A stretch of 62,899 nt of DNA, filler included, from Sphacelaria rigidula (lineage: Eukaryota): assembly GCA_964200075.2 (NCBI GenBank). It is 7 parts of 7 records of this genome, joined end to end, with 100 filler letters (N's around TTAATTAATTAA, not from the genome) between each part and the next. Parts side by side here need not be neighbours in the genome. Positions count along the whole stretch, not along the records: positions 18,004 to 26,903 come from CAXNAA020009799.1; positions 27,004 to 35,903 come from CAXNAA020009800.1; positions 36,004 to 44,902 come from CAXNAA020009801.1; 4 more parts are not named here. One strand, 5' to 3'. Position 1 is the stretch's first letter, and each line of letters begins with the position of its first letter. Both the position numbers and the translations under genes were made by a program. Of this stretch, positions 26,074 through 39,468 are shown one piece after another. The notes under the pieces are model-generated. The model searched no databases. It was not told where the DNA came from and saw only the letters and a list, made by a program, of their open reading frames with translations.

Positions 26074-26903
26074 CTGCGGTTTGTGTGGTTTTGTTCGTTG
26101 TACACGGGATAGCAAAATACCTGGTTGAGCCAGATGACTGGACACGACTGGACACGACTGGATGTGACTTCGTGTAGGGTGATGGGATCTTGACGGTTGG
26201 TAGATTGGAACAACCACGAGGAAAATTTCTGTACAAAATTGCACGCAAAACTGAAATCGCCACGTGCGGGAGGTACAGGCAGCCGTGTACTGAGGCGGCA
26301 AACGGTCACTTTGTCGGCCGGTGTAGCATCCATGATAGCACGGTTGCAACAAACGGCACAGGATGATATTGTATGCCTCGACTCAGCAACGTGTGTCGGA
26401 CGGTCAGCTACTGCTGCTGCTGCTGCTGCGCTATTTACTGCGGTTGTCACCGGATTTGAAGGAAAGTACTACTAAAAACTGTGGGTTTTGAAGTTTCTAT
26501 CAATAATAGTGTAGATCGACTGTTTTTTGTGTACTGAGAGTGTGTTATGTTTTCGAGGGGTCCACACGTTACATGTTCACGTTATGGTCACGTTTGTAAA
26601 AATCAAGGTTCACGTTACGTTTATTTTCGCACGTTAAACTTCTTCACGTTACGTTTCGGCGTTTTGCCCTCATCACCTCAGGTTGAAGGAAGGAAACAAT
26701 CTGGAGGGGAGAGGCAAGGAGGGTGAAGATCTGGTCGACCGGTGCCTTGCCAGGGTTGGCCATCGTCGCAGAGCGGTTGAAGCCATCATCGACCCACACC
26801 GCGAACTCCAAATAAAACCGATCCAAGGTGTGTTGTGTGTGTTGTCGTCCCATTTATTCTGGGCACCAGTCTGCACCTTTCGGTGTATGTGGGTGCATCA
26901 GCC

Positions 26904-27003
26904 NNNNNNNNNNNNNNNNNNNNNNNNNNNNNNNNNNNNNNNNNNNNTTAATTAATTAANNNNNNNNNNNNNNNNNNNNNNNNNNNNNNNNNNNNNNNNN
27001 NNN
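26904..27003. other. Artificial contig linker
   Basis: N44-TTAATTAATTAA-N44. Confidence 0.98.
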
Positions 27004-28941
27004 GGCTTTATTTTTTATCACGAGAGGGATTCAGCAGTCCCTTTCCTTCGTCGACCGTTAAGTCGGATTTTGGATGGTACCCGCCGTGGGATGTCATGCA
27101 AGGTAATGGTCCTGAGGTGCGTTACGCTTATTCCTTCTGTAGGTTTCACCGGTGTAGTTACACTCGGCGCGTTTGTCGCTCTCTTACATTGCCCTACCGC
27201 ATCAATATCCAGGTACGTGCTACTGGGACTACTGGCGTTGCCCCTTCTTACTCGTGAGTGGAGGGGTATGAAACGCCGTTCACGGTCACAACACCACCGC
27301 CGACACCCACGGATTATGTAGCCCCCATGAACGAGGAGCCTTTGCTGGTCGGGGTTCTCCTCAGCCAAGTCCTCTATGCGCATCTGGGAGGATTGTCTTT
27401 TCATCCTCGCCGGATACTACTGAGCTATTCATGCACAGGGGGTATCTTGTGTTGTGACCGTTACTGACGCTTCGGGAAATTGCCGCTTTTTGTACGTAGA
27501 GGGAGTGTTCCGAAACCTTCTTTTGATGTGTCGCCGTCGTGTTGTAGCTGTGGGACGTGCGTTCCTGTGTGCCGTGTCCTCACTCCTTTCCTCGGGGAAC
27601 TGTTGACCGTATTGCCTTCTCACCATCTCTGATCCATTGCATGAGTGGTGCACGTTCTGATCGGCTATCCCGGCCGTGTCGGTACAAACGATATGTGGGG
27701 CTACGATAACTCTAAACTGTGGGCTCATCACCAGCTCGGAGCGACGGGTTGAAGCGAGGAAATCTATGACAAGCACAATATCCGAGAATATCAGCAATGG
27801 TAGGGCTCAGCAGTTTCCACACAAGGGCATACTTGTCTCTGTCTCTGCCCCTTTGTCTTCGATTGCCTCTCCGCGCCTATCGATTTTTTTATGCACGTTA
27901 GCCAGATCTCTCGAATCCGTGGTCACAGACGTAGGCCCGTATTTCCAGTACCGTTACCACGTATTATATATATATTTTGAGAAGGAACGCTTATCGGGTT
28001 TGGTGCTTCCTCGTGAGACTCCAAAATCAAACTAGAATAAAATAAACACCAAGAAAGAGACACCAGGGAAACAACAGAAGATAAAGAGCCTCCCCCGAAT
28101 TTGTCGGGGGTGTGGTGCGACCCATTATTGTCGACAATGTTTTTTCGGAGATGTCAGAAAGTTTTTGGACATGTCGGACTCTGCGTTCAGACTTCTCCGG
28201 AAACGAAGCGGCTTGATTTTTCTCCGAAGCTTCATTTTCGAAGGAGTCCGAAGAATTCGGACTGCAGGGTTGCACTTCGGAGAGCTGCCCGGTGTGTACG
28301 CCATGGCACTTGCAAGCATTCGGGAGTAATCACATACCTTTTCAGTCCCGAAAAATTCGGAGATTTCCGAGGGAACAACGTCGACAAAAATGCGCCTGAA
28401 ACAAACAAGAACATCTTCTAACATACATGGTAAAAAAAAACAAATGGATACCACGCGAGAGTCAAACAACATCTATCTCCAGGTACCCACGGAGAGAAAG
28501 AAAAGCATCGAAGTTTCTAGGGAAACGGCAAACGCATTAGCGAGTATACGACGTGATAAGAAATTCGCGGCGTTCCGGCGATCTTCTACAGACAAAATGG
28601 AGGGGATAACTCTGGTGCGATACCAGGTTATAAGTTCATTTGTGCGGCGCGCGTTGGTCTAATTTGCCATGCGCTTTTTTTTAGTTATTAGAGAGTTCGG
28701 AAAAATTATCTCCTTCGTCTACACGACTTCACGAGCTTAGCCAGCAGGAAAAAAGACTCAAACGGCCACAGCCTATGTCATCGACGCAGATTAATTGGAC
28801 AATATAACCCGCACATCTTGCGAATAATAGTGGTCCAATCAAGGGACAGATGCCCATCTATCTCTACTCAACAGCCCGATCTGATGTTTCTCTTCTCGTT
28901 TCGTTGATAAAAATGTTTTTGTCCCTTGGCACTCGTCATTG

Positions 28942-29071
28942 AAGAGCCTGGATGGGGGGCATGAGGTCATCCATATGAAATTCATTGGTCATGACTTTAG
29001 GTCAGGGAAAGCACTGTTTTCGAGTTGAAACTCATTAAAATGTTGAACCTCAAAAAAAGATCCAGGCTCTT
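28942..29071. mobile_element. Internally deleted copy of the 5621-type MITE, with 4-bp TSD ATTG
   Basis: ATTG|AAGAGCCTGGAT...ATCCAGGCTCTT|ATTG; the left arm is reduced to about 12 bp. Confidence 0.85.
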
Positions 29072-29793
29072 ATTGGGAAAAACAGCTTCTGTCTTGAACG
29101 AGAAAAAATAATATATTGTGCCCTTGCGATTCATTATACCACGAGTACCAACTTTCAACGCACAGCATGTGTGTGCTGTATGTCTTCACTACTAGATACA
29201 GCGGCAAGCGACAGTAGAAGTCCGCCATCACTCTCCACCGAACACAGTTCACTGCACGCTGCTGGTGCCTGTGCCCATCATGGTGCTCAACAAGAACACT
29301 ACAGTGTGAAGCTGTGCTGGCAGCACATGAGGGGTCAGGCAGGCGGCGTAGACCACGATCAGAAAACAAAACAAGTTAGACTGCTGCCGAGATAGCCCCC
29401 CCCCGAACCGGCCAAAAAAGCGCACGGAGGCGATGATCGTAAATGGCGTTAGACCTGGTTTCGTGCTGCACGACGCGATTCATTTGGGCGTTATAGCTAA
29501 TTTCGGACTGCTACACGCCTCTCATGTGGGCGAACTTGCTGCGAACGAGCCCAACAGTGGGAGTGCAGCCGGTTTGTCGGACGGTCTCCGGTGCACTTTT
29601 TGTGGGGGGGCAATCTCGGCATTATTATTCGTTATTTGTACCCATGTAATCTATGGCTGATTCCCCACTACTACCAAAATGGTCGTGGGGGTAGACAGCA
29701 AATTAGTCCAATTTCGTCCACCCGAACCGGAACAAAAGGGCTCATTTTAACGACCGTGATTGATTGGTCAGAATGGGCATCCCGCGCCTCTCG

Positions 29794-30238
29794 AACACGG
29801 GATCTTACAAATTGGGGATGGATCTTTTATTAGGGTATGAGAAACCCGGAGGATTAAAATCTTCGTATCCACACCAAATCCTCGACATATGGTTCCATTT
29901 CTTCACCTACTACTGATAGCTATTGACAACTGCTACACGCCATAGAAATTTGTATTTCGATCACCGAAATGTTGGGGTCCCACATGAAAAACCAATTTTG
30001 GGGAATTCCGGGTGTCCGAACGGACGCCAAACTTGTTCCGAAATTGATTTTTCATCTAGGACCCCAACATTTCGGTGATCGAAATCCAAATTTCTATAGC
30101 GTGTAGCAGTCAACAGCCATCAGTGGGTGAAGAAATGGAACCATATTTCGAGGATTTGGTGTGGATACGAAGATTTTAATCCTCCGGGTTTCTCATCCCC
30201 AATGAAAGATCCATCCCCAATTTGTAAGATCCCGTGTT
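29794..30238. mobile_element. Near-complete 445-bp palindromic (foldback) element, with 4-bp TSD CTCG
   Basis: CTCG|AACACGGGATCTTACAAATTGGGGATGG...CCATCCCCAATTTGTAAGATCCCGTGTT|CTCG; arms of about 200 bp. Confidence 0.9.
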
Positions 30239-30251
30239 CTCGGGCCTCGTG

Positions 30252-30324
30252 CACGGCTCAATCGCGGGAAACTTCTAAACACACATGGTTGACTCCGTCA
30301 GCTTGTCCGATGCGCTGCGTACAG

Positions 30325-30364
<40 letters not shown>

Positions 30365-30480
30365 CCCGCGCAGACGCCCCCCAGGCCAGGCACGGCTAAA
30401 TCCCGGGAAACTTTTAAACACACATGGTTGGCTCCGGCAGCTTGGCCGTTGCGCTCCGTACAAACCCCCCCCCCCCCCCT
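30252..30480 (+). repeat. Direct duplication of a ~70-bp motif, each copy followed by poly-C
   Basis: CACGGCT-AATC-CGGGAAACTT-TAAACACACATGGTTG starts at ~30252 and ~30391. Confidence 0.8.
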
Positions 30481-31084
30481 CCGAGCACTGGAACCCCCGG
30501 ATGTGTCAGGAATGTCAGCCTTTAAAACTGTTCTGAGGCGATGCTCGCGGTCAATATTGTCGTGGTGGTATGCCGTTGCTCAAGTCTCTTCCCCACCATC
30601 CGATTCATTTATGTGTTGTTGATGATTATTTATTCCTTTCAGCGTGGGGGAAAGTACCGCCTGCATAGCTCGCCACTGCACTGAGATACCAAAATAAAAC
30701 AATATACTGTACCGTTTTTCAATCACACGCTATATGTAATGATGTGTGCTGTACAGTATACTCATTGCCCCGGAACCTTTCACGTTTCGATCGTGGGTCT
30801 GAATACAGGGGCTATAGCGATGATTAATGAACAGATTATTATACTACACAGGGCACCGCCATCGATAATGGTTGATTGACAACATGGTACGATCCCGGAA
30901 AGAAATACGTAAGGATCTTCTGGAATACCCGGCCCCTTCCAAGAAATAGAATATGAACCGGCAGAGCTCAGCGTGTAAGAATCTACTCTTCGACACGTGT
31001 AACAGTGAGCGACCTGGAGGGGACAACTGCAAGCACCTCTGCTCTCATCGTGGTCGCGCTGAGCCATTCGCGGTAAAGTGAGCG

Positions 31085-31257
31085 ATGATGAAGTTGGCGG
31101 ACAAACAAATGGGGGAGCTGAAGAAACTGTGGATCAACAGGCGACCGGTGGCGTTTCAGGTGCTTAAGCTCGCCATGGTCGTACTCTCTGCTCTTATGAT
31201 GTGGAAGTCGCTCATGGTGGTTACCAACTCCGAGAGTCCTGCCGTCGTCGTCTTGAG
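31085..31257 (+). CDS. SEC11: Signal peptidase complex catalytic subunit SEC11, first coding exon
   Basis: [57 protein letters not shown](S), ending AG|GTAACT. It matches the conserved SALMxWKxLMVVTxSESPxVVVLS motif that precedes GSMEP. Confidence 0.92.
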
Positions 31258-31959
31258 GTAACTCAGACGTGCGTATGAAACTAGACCTATCTATACTACT
31301 GACGGTGGCTTCGTGCGGTGGGCTGGGTGGCTGTTGAATTGAGGGTGCGGTGCGCGCCACACTGTAGTGTTTGTTACACTTACACCACAGACTGAGACAG
31401 CGCATTTTGCATACCGGCACATGGTACTGCAATAGAGGTGCGGGGAATTACAGTACAACAGTAAAAATAGATGCGGACTGACCGCAAAATGCTTGTTGTC
31501 CCGTATTTCATGATGCAGGGATGGTGGGGCAATAGAGGTACTTGTACGGGTAGCTCTTCTTGCTTCTGGACTCAGCTAGAAACAAACGATCATCGAGATT
31601 GAGGATGTAGCCTTTCATCGAGGATGATATCCTGGAAAGTCAAATCATCGTATCCACACCAATTTTAATTTTCCGGGATATCATCCTCAATGCAAAGCTC
31701 CATCCTCAATTTTGAGAATCGGCTGTTTGGACTTCGAAATGGTAGGCGTGCACGAAAGGAGAGCAACAAGAACAGCGAGGAACGTAGTCTTCTCGTCAAG
31801 AGAGAGCTTCCAATCCATGCCACGGTTGAACAACGCTGTGCATCCGCACGACCACGATGCGAAGTTAGATATTGCATCAAAATTTCGAGGTCGTGTTCTG
31901 TAGGGTGGGATTTGTTCACGGTTCGGACGAATCATTGATGGTTCGGATTAGCCGTATCC

Positions 31960-32110
31960 ACGATTTCTTCGGCCTCGTTGCTCAAAAGAGAGAAAAAGGT
32001 CGACCGCTGGTCAGACAGGCCTCGACGCAACTTTTGCGCCATTCCACGTGCCTGGGCTGCACGTGCCTGGCTTGCAACGCTGAAAACAAAGTCTAAGGAT
32101 TGATTCGTAT
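31960..32110. repeat. Dispersed repeat, inverse of 36008-36155
   Basis: TTTCAGCGTTGCAA-CCAGG...GCAGCCCAG-CACGTGGAATG-CGCAAAAG...GAGGCCGAAGAAATCGTG is shared. Confidence 0.75.
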
Positions 32111-32261
32111 GGTACAAATCAATGATACTAAAATCAAGTAAGTTCCAGACGAATCATCAATTCGTCCGACCCTTGGATTTGTTCATACCCGGGGTATTCA
32201 CCTGGGTATTACCCGTACCCGTCAGTTCTGTGAGTACTGTAAGAAACATCATACATACATA

Positions 32262-33112
32262 CAGTAGTGGACATTTGTGTAACTTTGTCGTAGTCGGCGA
32301 TCTACAATGTTTTTTTCGCGTGCTACCGCTCTTCCCAGCGAGCGGTTGATCCCAACGTTTAGAAGTCGGGAGGTACTGAGCATCCGCTTCAAATTCCGAA
32401 ACGAAAATCGCATCTGCGTTCAATATTGAACGACTTACGAGCTGAGTTGACGGGAGGTGTTATTGACCGTTTTTGGCCTAAAACAGATTTCGTTTCGGCT
32501 CTAGCGCAATGAATATGTAAACACAAATAAAGGGTTTGTGAATCATTCATGAGAGTGATCGGAATTGGTTGACCCCTGCACTTCTGGTCTTGGGTACGTT
32601 TCTGAATTTTCTCGCTTGGTATCCATCCTTGGCGCTTGAGAGTCCTAGCGTCGATAGATACTGGGAAGGGAAGCAGGTCGTGCTAGGAACACAATCCTCA
32701 ATTGGTGTAGTCGGGGTGATAAGGAGTAAGTACTTTGTTCGTCAGGGGGTGTTATCGACCGTCACTGGTTAATAAAGGACAGTTCCTCGGCTCGAGCGCA
32801 ATAAATAGGTAGAAATAAAATAAAAAATAAATCATTTGCTCACGAAAACGATTGGGATTAATTCAATTACGTAAAAATACGCAAGGGTCAAAACCGGGGG
32901 CTGGGTAGTCTCAGGACCCCTGAAAACCGGTCAGCCCGTAAGTCGTCCAATAATGAGCGCAAATGTGATCTTATTTCGGAATGTAGAGAAGACGCCTAGT
33001 ATCCCGATTCCCAAACTTTGGGATCAAACGTTCACTGGGATGAACGGTGGCACGCGAAAACACTTTCGAATATTCCCGGCCACGAAAAAACTACGAAAAT
33101 CTCCTACTTCAG
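32262..33112. mobile_element. MITE-like element with long diverged inverted arms
   Basis: 32300-32380 (TTTTCGCGTGCTACCG...CCCAG...TGATCCCAA) pairs with 33000-33065 (TTGGGATCAAA...CTGGGA...CGGTGGCACGCGAAAA). Confidence 0.6.
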
Positions 33113-33296
33113 ATGAAACTACTCTACCCTACCATACAGGACACCATCTTGGATTTTTTATCCCCTCTAAAACCGTTCTCAGCGGAATCCTACAGGGGGT
33201 AGGAAGACCAAAACCAAACCCAAACCCAACTATGCATCGAAGCATGGTTAGGAAATATTCCACGTTTATGTTCTGTTGGGTACGATTATTTTGATA

Positions 33297-33600
33297 CCCA
33301 GAATATTTACCCGGGTATTACCCGTAACCGATAGGTTCTGTGAGTTTTCTAAGCTTCTCAAACCCGTGCTCGACAGTTCTGTAAGTTCTGTAAGCCTCCC
33401 GTACCGGTACCCGACAGCTCTGCACGATCATAATCGATGTTCACCCTTACCCGGGGCGCGGGTATAGCCTTGTAGATATACCCGGTTGCGGTTAAGGTTT
33501 TCTGTACAACCTCTATACCGTACCCGACAGGTTTTGTAAGTTCTGTAAGACTTCCATTCCGGTACCCGACAGTTCTGTAAGGTAAGTGAAAAATCTCATA
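33297..33600. repeat. Degenerate ~43-bp tandem repeat (GTACCCGACAGTTCTGTAAG core); related piece at 32189-32245
   Basis: The core recurs several times. Confidence 0.75.
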
Positions 33601-35903
33601 CCCTCCCGAACATACCCCTGCCCTGCAGAACACAACCTTGATATGGTTGCCTACCGCATACAAGAGTGTCGCAACGGGCGGCATTTCAATAACAGTCGCA
33701 CCAGTCCGCGAAGTTTCCGGAAATGGGCGAGACAGTGAATGATACTGTCCTTGACTAGCTACGAGTGTGGAGGCGGGGGTAGGACATACCCCCATCTGGC
33801 CATCCTATCGGTTCTCGCTTGGCTACTCTACACCGACGTTTCCTGGTGATGTGTTCCCGTACATCGCCCGCGTCGTTTTTGCCTTTGTTGCTTTTTTCTT
33901 CTGTTCATTTTTTGCTCTCCCCCCCCCTTCGCCCATTTGTATTTATTATCGTTTTTCAGTGTACTCTGCTCTATCTTTTTCCTCTCGTCAACTTTCCCCC
34001 TCTCCGAGTTTCCTTTAGCAAGTGCCTCCGTTGTTTCGTTTACCCTGCGTATGTCTCTCATGTGGCATCGGCTGGATTTATCGGGGACCATTTCATGTGA
34101 GAGAGTCAGTCGACCAATCAGTACAGTATAGCCAAACTGCCTAGGGCCGAAGCTCCGAAGAATAGGGCGGCGCGTGCACCGCGTCAAGTTGACTGGGGTT
34201 TTCGGTTGGTTGGACCCCCACACTGCCTTGAGCAAAGCTTGCGAACCCTCGAGGTACCTACCCCACATGACTGCCGCGAGGCAGCCTAGTCGAGTCTCTG
34301 GGTAATCGGCACACGACCCCGCCTACGGGGTCAACGTTGGCTTAGTTTTCATCCTTCCCTCAAAGGGGAAAAATAAGGAGTACATCCAAACAAAAACAAT
34401 AGCGTATTTGCAAGCGAGTACAGCACGGAGCTCACTCGCGCAGACCGGAGGGCTCCAGAAAAACGCGGAATGCACCAGGTTGTTTTAATGCAGCATTGGC
34501 CAGTGCCTTGGTTGCTTGCTCCCTACTGAACTTAATAGCATCACGTGCTATTACGAAGCATTTGGAGCAGAGGATGCACCTTACTATAATACTTGTACGT
34601 GTACTTCGTTTTTGTACAACGAACAGGAGAATACCTATCATTGGAGACACCGCCAGAATACCGTACTCTTTGGATAGTTTTTCTGCTCTAAAGTCGAAAT
34701 TTTCCCGAGGGGAATGCACAACTCATCATCTTGCATGCCGTAGTCACAAGACCATTGACCTCGCATCCCTACAACGCCGGGACGGAGTACACCGGGTTTT
34801 CGCGGGATCAGGCTCACAATCAATCACCAAGCGCGAAGCGCCGTGATTTGTCCGGCAGATCGAATGAAGGTTGTCTCCCGATGGGGGAGGGGGGGTATAC
34901 TGTAGTATCCGATGCTTCAGTCTACGGGTGGTCTTGTCCTTCGCTCTCTCCTTCGTAATCTCCATCTTTTGTTTATTTTCCCCTGTCTTTATCTCGTTTT
35001 GTTCCCGTGTTTTCTCTCGTCGCCTGCAAGGTTCGTCGGCAAGAGTTCCTATCAAAGTAGTGGTTTCGAGGTCACCAATTCTGGCCCCAACTCTAACTCT
35101 GACCCTAACACCAAATGTAGGGGGGGAAAACTGTAGAGTGTCAAGATTGCTCGAGAGTATACAGGATGTGAAACCGAGAGGACACATATTCTTCTGGAGG
35201 AAATCAAGCCCTCTAGGGGATTGCAGAAGACTGCCAATACGCTCGAGTAAGCAACAGCAACCAAAGCAGAGTATTGCGAGATACTCTTGAAGGCTGACAA
35301 TATATTACGCTGGACTGGAACTGATGGCTCACGTGTGCTCCTCATCTGAAGCAATGCGCAGGGGCCTACCATTGATTTTTTTTTTCCCTTCTTCTTATTA
35401 TTGCCTTCTTGGGGGGACCGGTAGTAGACATTGAATTGGAGTTCCCCTAGTTGTTCTATCTCCTTTCCCTTCCTACTTTTTTCAATAAAGTTGCTGAGTA
35501 TTTCCCTCTCTATCTCATTCTCGGGTTTCCTTGATTAAGTGTTCCCGATTATTTCTCTTAGTCACGTGTGTTTGTGATCACTGTTGGATTCGTAGCGGAC
35601 CAGATATTGTGCGAAGATCACCGAACCCATCAGTCAAGAGTTATCTCCAGTATGCAGTGATGAGACATAAGACCGTTCACTATGGCAACCAATCCGTATT
35701 TGTACAAATATGAGGATTTCAGCCCGTCTACAGGCGATTTTCTCCTGTCGATTGATTTTTCGGACCCCGGTCCATTGGGCAATGTTTTTCGGTTAGCTGT
35801 GAGGAAACCAGATCATTTCTCCGATTCTCGGGACGTTGGCTTTTCGCATATCACTTTTCTGCTCAGATGCGGGAGTCCCGCATCTGAGCAGAAAAGTGAT
35901 ATG

Positions 35904-36003
35904 NNNNNNNNNNNNNNNNNNNNNNNNNNNNNNNNNNNNNNNNNNNNTTAATTAATTAANNNNNNNNNNNNNNNNNNNNNNNNNNNNNNNNNNNNNNNNN
36001 NNN
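35904..36003. other. Artificial contig linker
   Basis: N44-TTAATTAATTAA-N44. Confidence 0.98.
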
Positions 36004-39000
36004 GTGACGAATCCATCCCTAGGCTTTATTTCAGCGTTGCAACCCAGGTAGACGCAGCCCAGACACGTGGAATGACGCAAAAGCTGCGTGGATACCGCTT
36101 GGACAAGCGGTCAACGTTTTTCTCCCTTTTGGACCATGAGGCCGAAGAAATCGTGAATTTGATGATTTGGAGTCGTGATGATTTGTTCTAACCGTGAAAA
36201 CTTAATACCCGATGACAGTTAACACTACCAGGAGCACTGCCTCGCGGCGGTTTGATGGCAATCCCGAACGTACAGGCTGGTTCTACTTGTATATCAAAAG
36301 CTTCTACGGCGATTGCGCTTTTGGACGGTTGGGGCCTCAACATTGAAGAGATATGCACATTGCGAATTTGAATGATCATCTATACTGAAAAATATAGTAA
36401 ATACTCTATCGGAGTTATGTTCACTTGGCGGAATTTCCAGATAAGAGGCTTGCTGAGCTCTGGGGTAGAGTACACCTCCGAAAAATACACTGCGACAATG
36501 ATGACCTTGAAAACCTGAATGGACACCTGTTCTCGACGTTTCAGGTCCCAACTCTAAAACCCCGCATGAGAAATCCAACATGTGTACATGTTCCGAGGGC
36601 TTGGAAACCACGTATATGTGGTGGGATATTTCTTGTACCCAATATATCTTTCGGCCGTGACGTTCTGCCGACGATGAATTCGGAGCTCAAACAGGCCTCG
36701 TTTTTGCTCGCTTTAGATGGGTGTCAACTACAACACGCCCATCAACATTCAGCGTGATAGTGTACGAGTCCGGGTATCTTGGTTCTTGAGCCAAACCTTC
36801 CATCAATGGGTACCACAAGCACGCCGCATTCGGTGTCACAGGATGGTGTGACGTGTTGAAAAAAACGCGTCAATGACCGATCAGAACGCGCCGCGCACTC
36901 CAGGTAGGCTATCTAGAAGGATAAAGAAAACCTATATGGTTGTGATACGTTTTGCTGCTGGTTGTCCTAATTGCGCCGTGCACGTTCATCTCGGAAAAGT
37001 AGTGGGATCTTCCTATTTGGAGCTATGGGTTACGCAGAACAGAGGCGGGGACACACGAAATTTGGACAAAGTTGGGGGGGGCTAGACACGTTTCGCTACA
37101 GGAGTTTTTCGGGAAAGTGCACGCTGCTACGGAACCTTCGGCAACTATGCGTGTGACGAAATATAATGATAATGGACTGCGCTGGACTCACAAAATGACG
37201 GGGGAAAGTCAAGACACGTGAATTTTTCATTCATTCATTGATTGGTTGGTTGGTTCGTTGGTTGATTGTATGTCCGTCATTGGCTGATCTTCGAGCAACT
37301 TACGAGCTGGGTCAGCCGTAAAAGGTGCACACGCACATCATACAACAACGTTTCAAATGTCCCGAATCAGCCCGATGTAATCATATCGCTGTGAACTGCA
37401 GACCAATCTGGTCATGCACGATCCGCCGCTGAGAGAAAATATATGCGCTGCACAAAATAGGATCTTAATGACGGAACCAGATTCTCAGAAAAAAACAAGG
37501 ATATGTCAGGATTCGAATTCGTGTTCTCCATAACTGGAGTTTCTCTGTCACTTGAATTACCGGGGCATAGCGGTATCACACAAGAAGTGCCATGCTGGGC
37601 CCAATTTCAGGAATCTTCAGCCAAAATTTCAACAGAATGTCCTACACGCAAGTACACGTATCATCTCCGGGGACCCCGCCCTTTTGTTGTATGTCCACGG
37701 AGTTACGATATTTTTCAATTTTTGCTGAAATTTCAAAGGCTCGAATTCCCTTTCCTTTCTCCATAGCATCCCCAAAAGTGTTGTGCGGGTTCATCATAAA
37801 ATGCCACGTCAAAATTTCAGCGCCCAATTCCTCAAATTGAGCACCGCGTCACCCCATTACCGACGGGAACCACTGTCAGCTGGCCCAGCTCGTAGCCGTG
37901 ATCTCAACACGAAGGTACCCAAGGATAACAACACGGAAATCAATCGCCGTTGTCAAGGACGATCATTTGCACACTTTCTGTGTTCTCTGTTTCCCTTCTT
38001 TTAGGGTAGGCATTAACGTATTCTATCAACACAGTCCGCTTGTGCGGACAGATTTTCATCCATGGAAACATCGGCCGAGATGGTATTCCACGAGGACCAG
38101 AGTGGGGACCCTCCAGTTACAGGAAGACACAAGAAGACAGGTAGAGACAGCATCGCAGCTTTCCGGAATTGAAACCTCGTGCCTACCGTAGTGTACAGGC
38201 CGGCAATTGTAGTGCATTGTACAGGCGGCTGGGCGCGCTACACAACACCACGACAAAAAGCAGATTTTCTCTCCTTCAGCTCACGTCATTCTGCACAGCT
38301 ACGAATGGTGCAACGACGAGTAAAACAGTCAAAATATCACGAGATACCCTTCCCCTCTACGAGTGGGCCCAGGGTGGTCTCGGCGAGCGTATGGCTTCAC
38401 GAAAGTCTTCCTGGACGTCCGATCGGACAAGATGACCCTTGGGCAACATTAAATACTGGGGTCTGAGCACGTCGATGTCAAATGGCATGACTTGCGATCA
38501 CGTTTGAAGACTGAAGTTGGCTGCGGGTCGTTTCACCCACGCCAACACGAAAAAAAGTCAAACCGTTCCTGTTGGTCGGTACGAACAAAGACAGCGCCAG
38601 CGTTGAGTGATTCAAACTCGCCCAGAGGTCCACACACGACAACCATATACTCACAACTAGCAGTCCAGGAACAACTACAGGCTGATTCACGGTTTCGACC
38701 CAAAAATTCACGATTCAGCAAATATCGTTCGATATACCCACTAAATAGCCCCACGGTATTATACTGACCGCCAAAGACAGCTGAAGAGGGTGACAGAGCC
38801 GTAGTTTAGGTCAAGGCCATATCGGTGGCGCTATGGGCGAACAAGTAACTCGACCGCGGCCTTAAAATTGTTGAGAAACTACACATACAAGTTCCTAACC
38901 CAGTTTCTACCCGATTTCCACATATGCTTCAAATCGCAGTGAGCGCCGTCAGCTCAGGAAACTAACGGGATAAAAGAGGTTACTGTGGGGTCGAGTTTGA

Positions 39001-39074
39001 TCCAAAACGTTGGTATTTCGGTGACGTGAGCTTTGGGTGTCGTCAAATTTCCACTCATGATAGAAATTTTGCAA

Positions 39075-39468
39075 AAGTGCCTCACTGGTCCTTCGTCGTT
39101 TTACCCGCTGAAACAGGGTTTCGCGGATTTTTACACCGTGGAATGACTTGCTCTACTCGTTGAGACGGTTCTAGGATACCTTTGCGATTTCCTGTGGCCG
39201 CAGTTTCTTTGTGGTCAACCTTCCACTCTTGTCCAAGGACGGTCGAGTCTACAGAAGAAATCAACAGCTTTCTTTAGATTTTACCGTTCTTGACCGCTCC
39301 TGGACAATAAATCAAGTTGGACCAGAAACAACGCTTTGGCCACAGGAAACCGCGAAGGTTTCCTGCAACCGTCTCAAAAAGTATAGCAAACCATTCTAAC
39401 GTATCTATCATCGGCCTCGCCGTCTGTTAGGGCATTGAACGGCAAAGGAGGACCGAAAAGGCAGCTTC
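39075..39468. repeat. Diverged inverted repeat (~150-bp arms), probable old MITE
   Basis: TTGAGACGGTT...TTTCCTGTGGCC pairs with GGCCACAGGAAA...AACCGTCTCAA. Confidence 0.6.

Noticed and set aside
25842-31257. Functional clustering of the expansin-like, SEC11 and other secretory-pathway genes
   Set aside because: They lie on different, artificially joined contigs.
31600-31635. Apparent SEC11 exon 2 (M*P..HRG.DIL look-alike)
   Set aside because: It has a stop and indels, and it is one arm of an inverted repeat (~31593-31714), so the resemblance is probably chance.
35085-35110. Telomere (CCCTAA-like)
   Set aside because: Only about three degenerate interstitial units.
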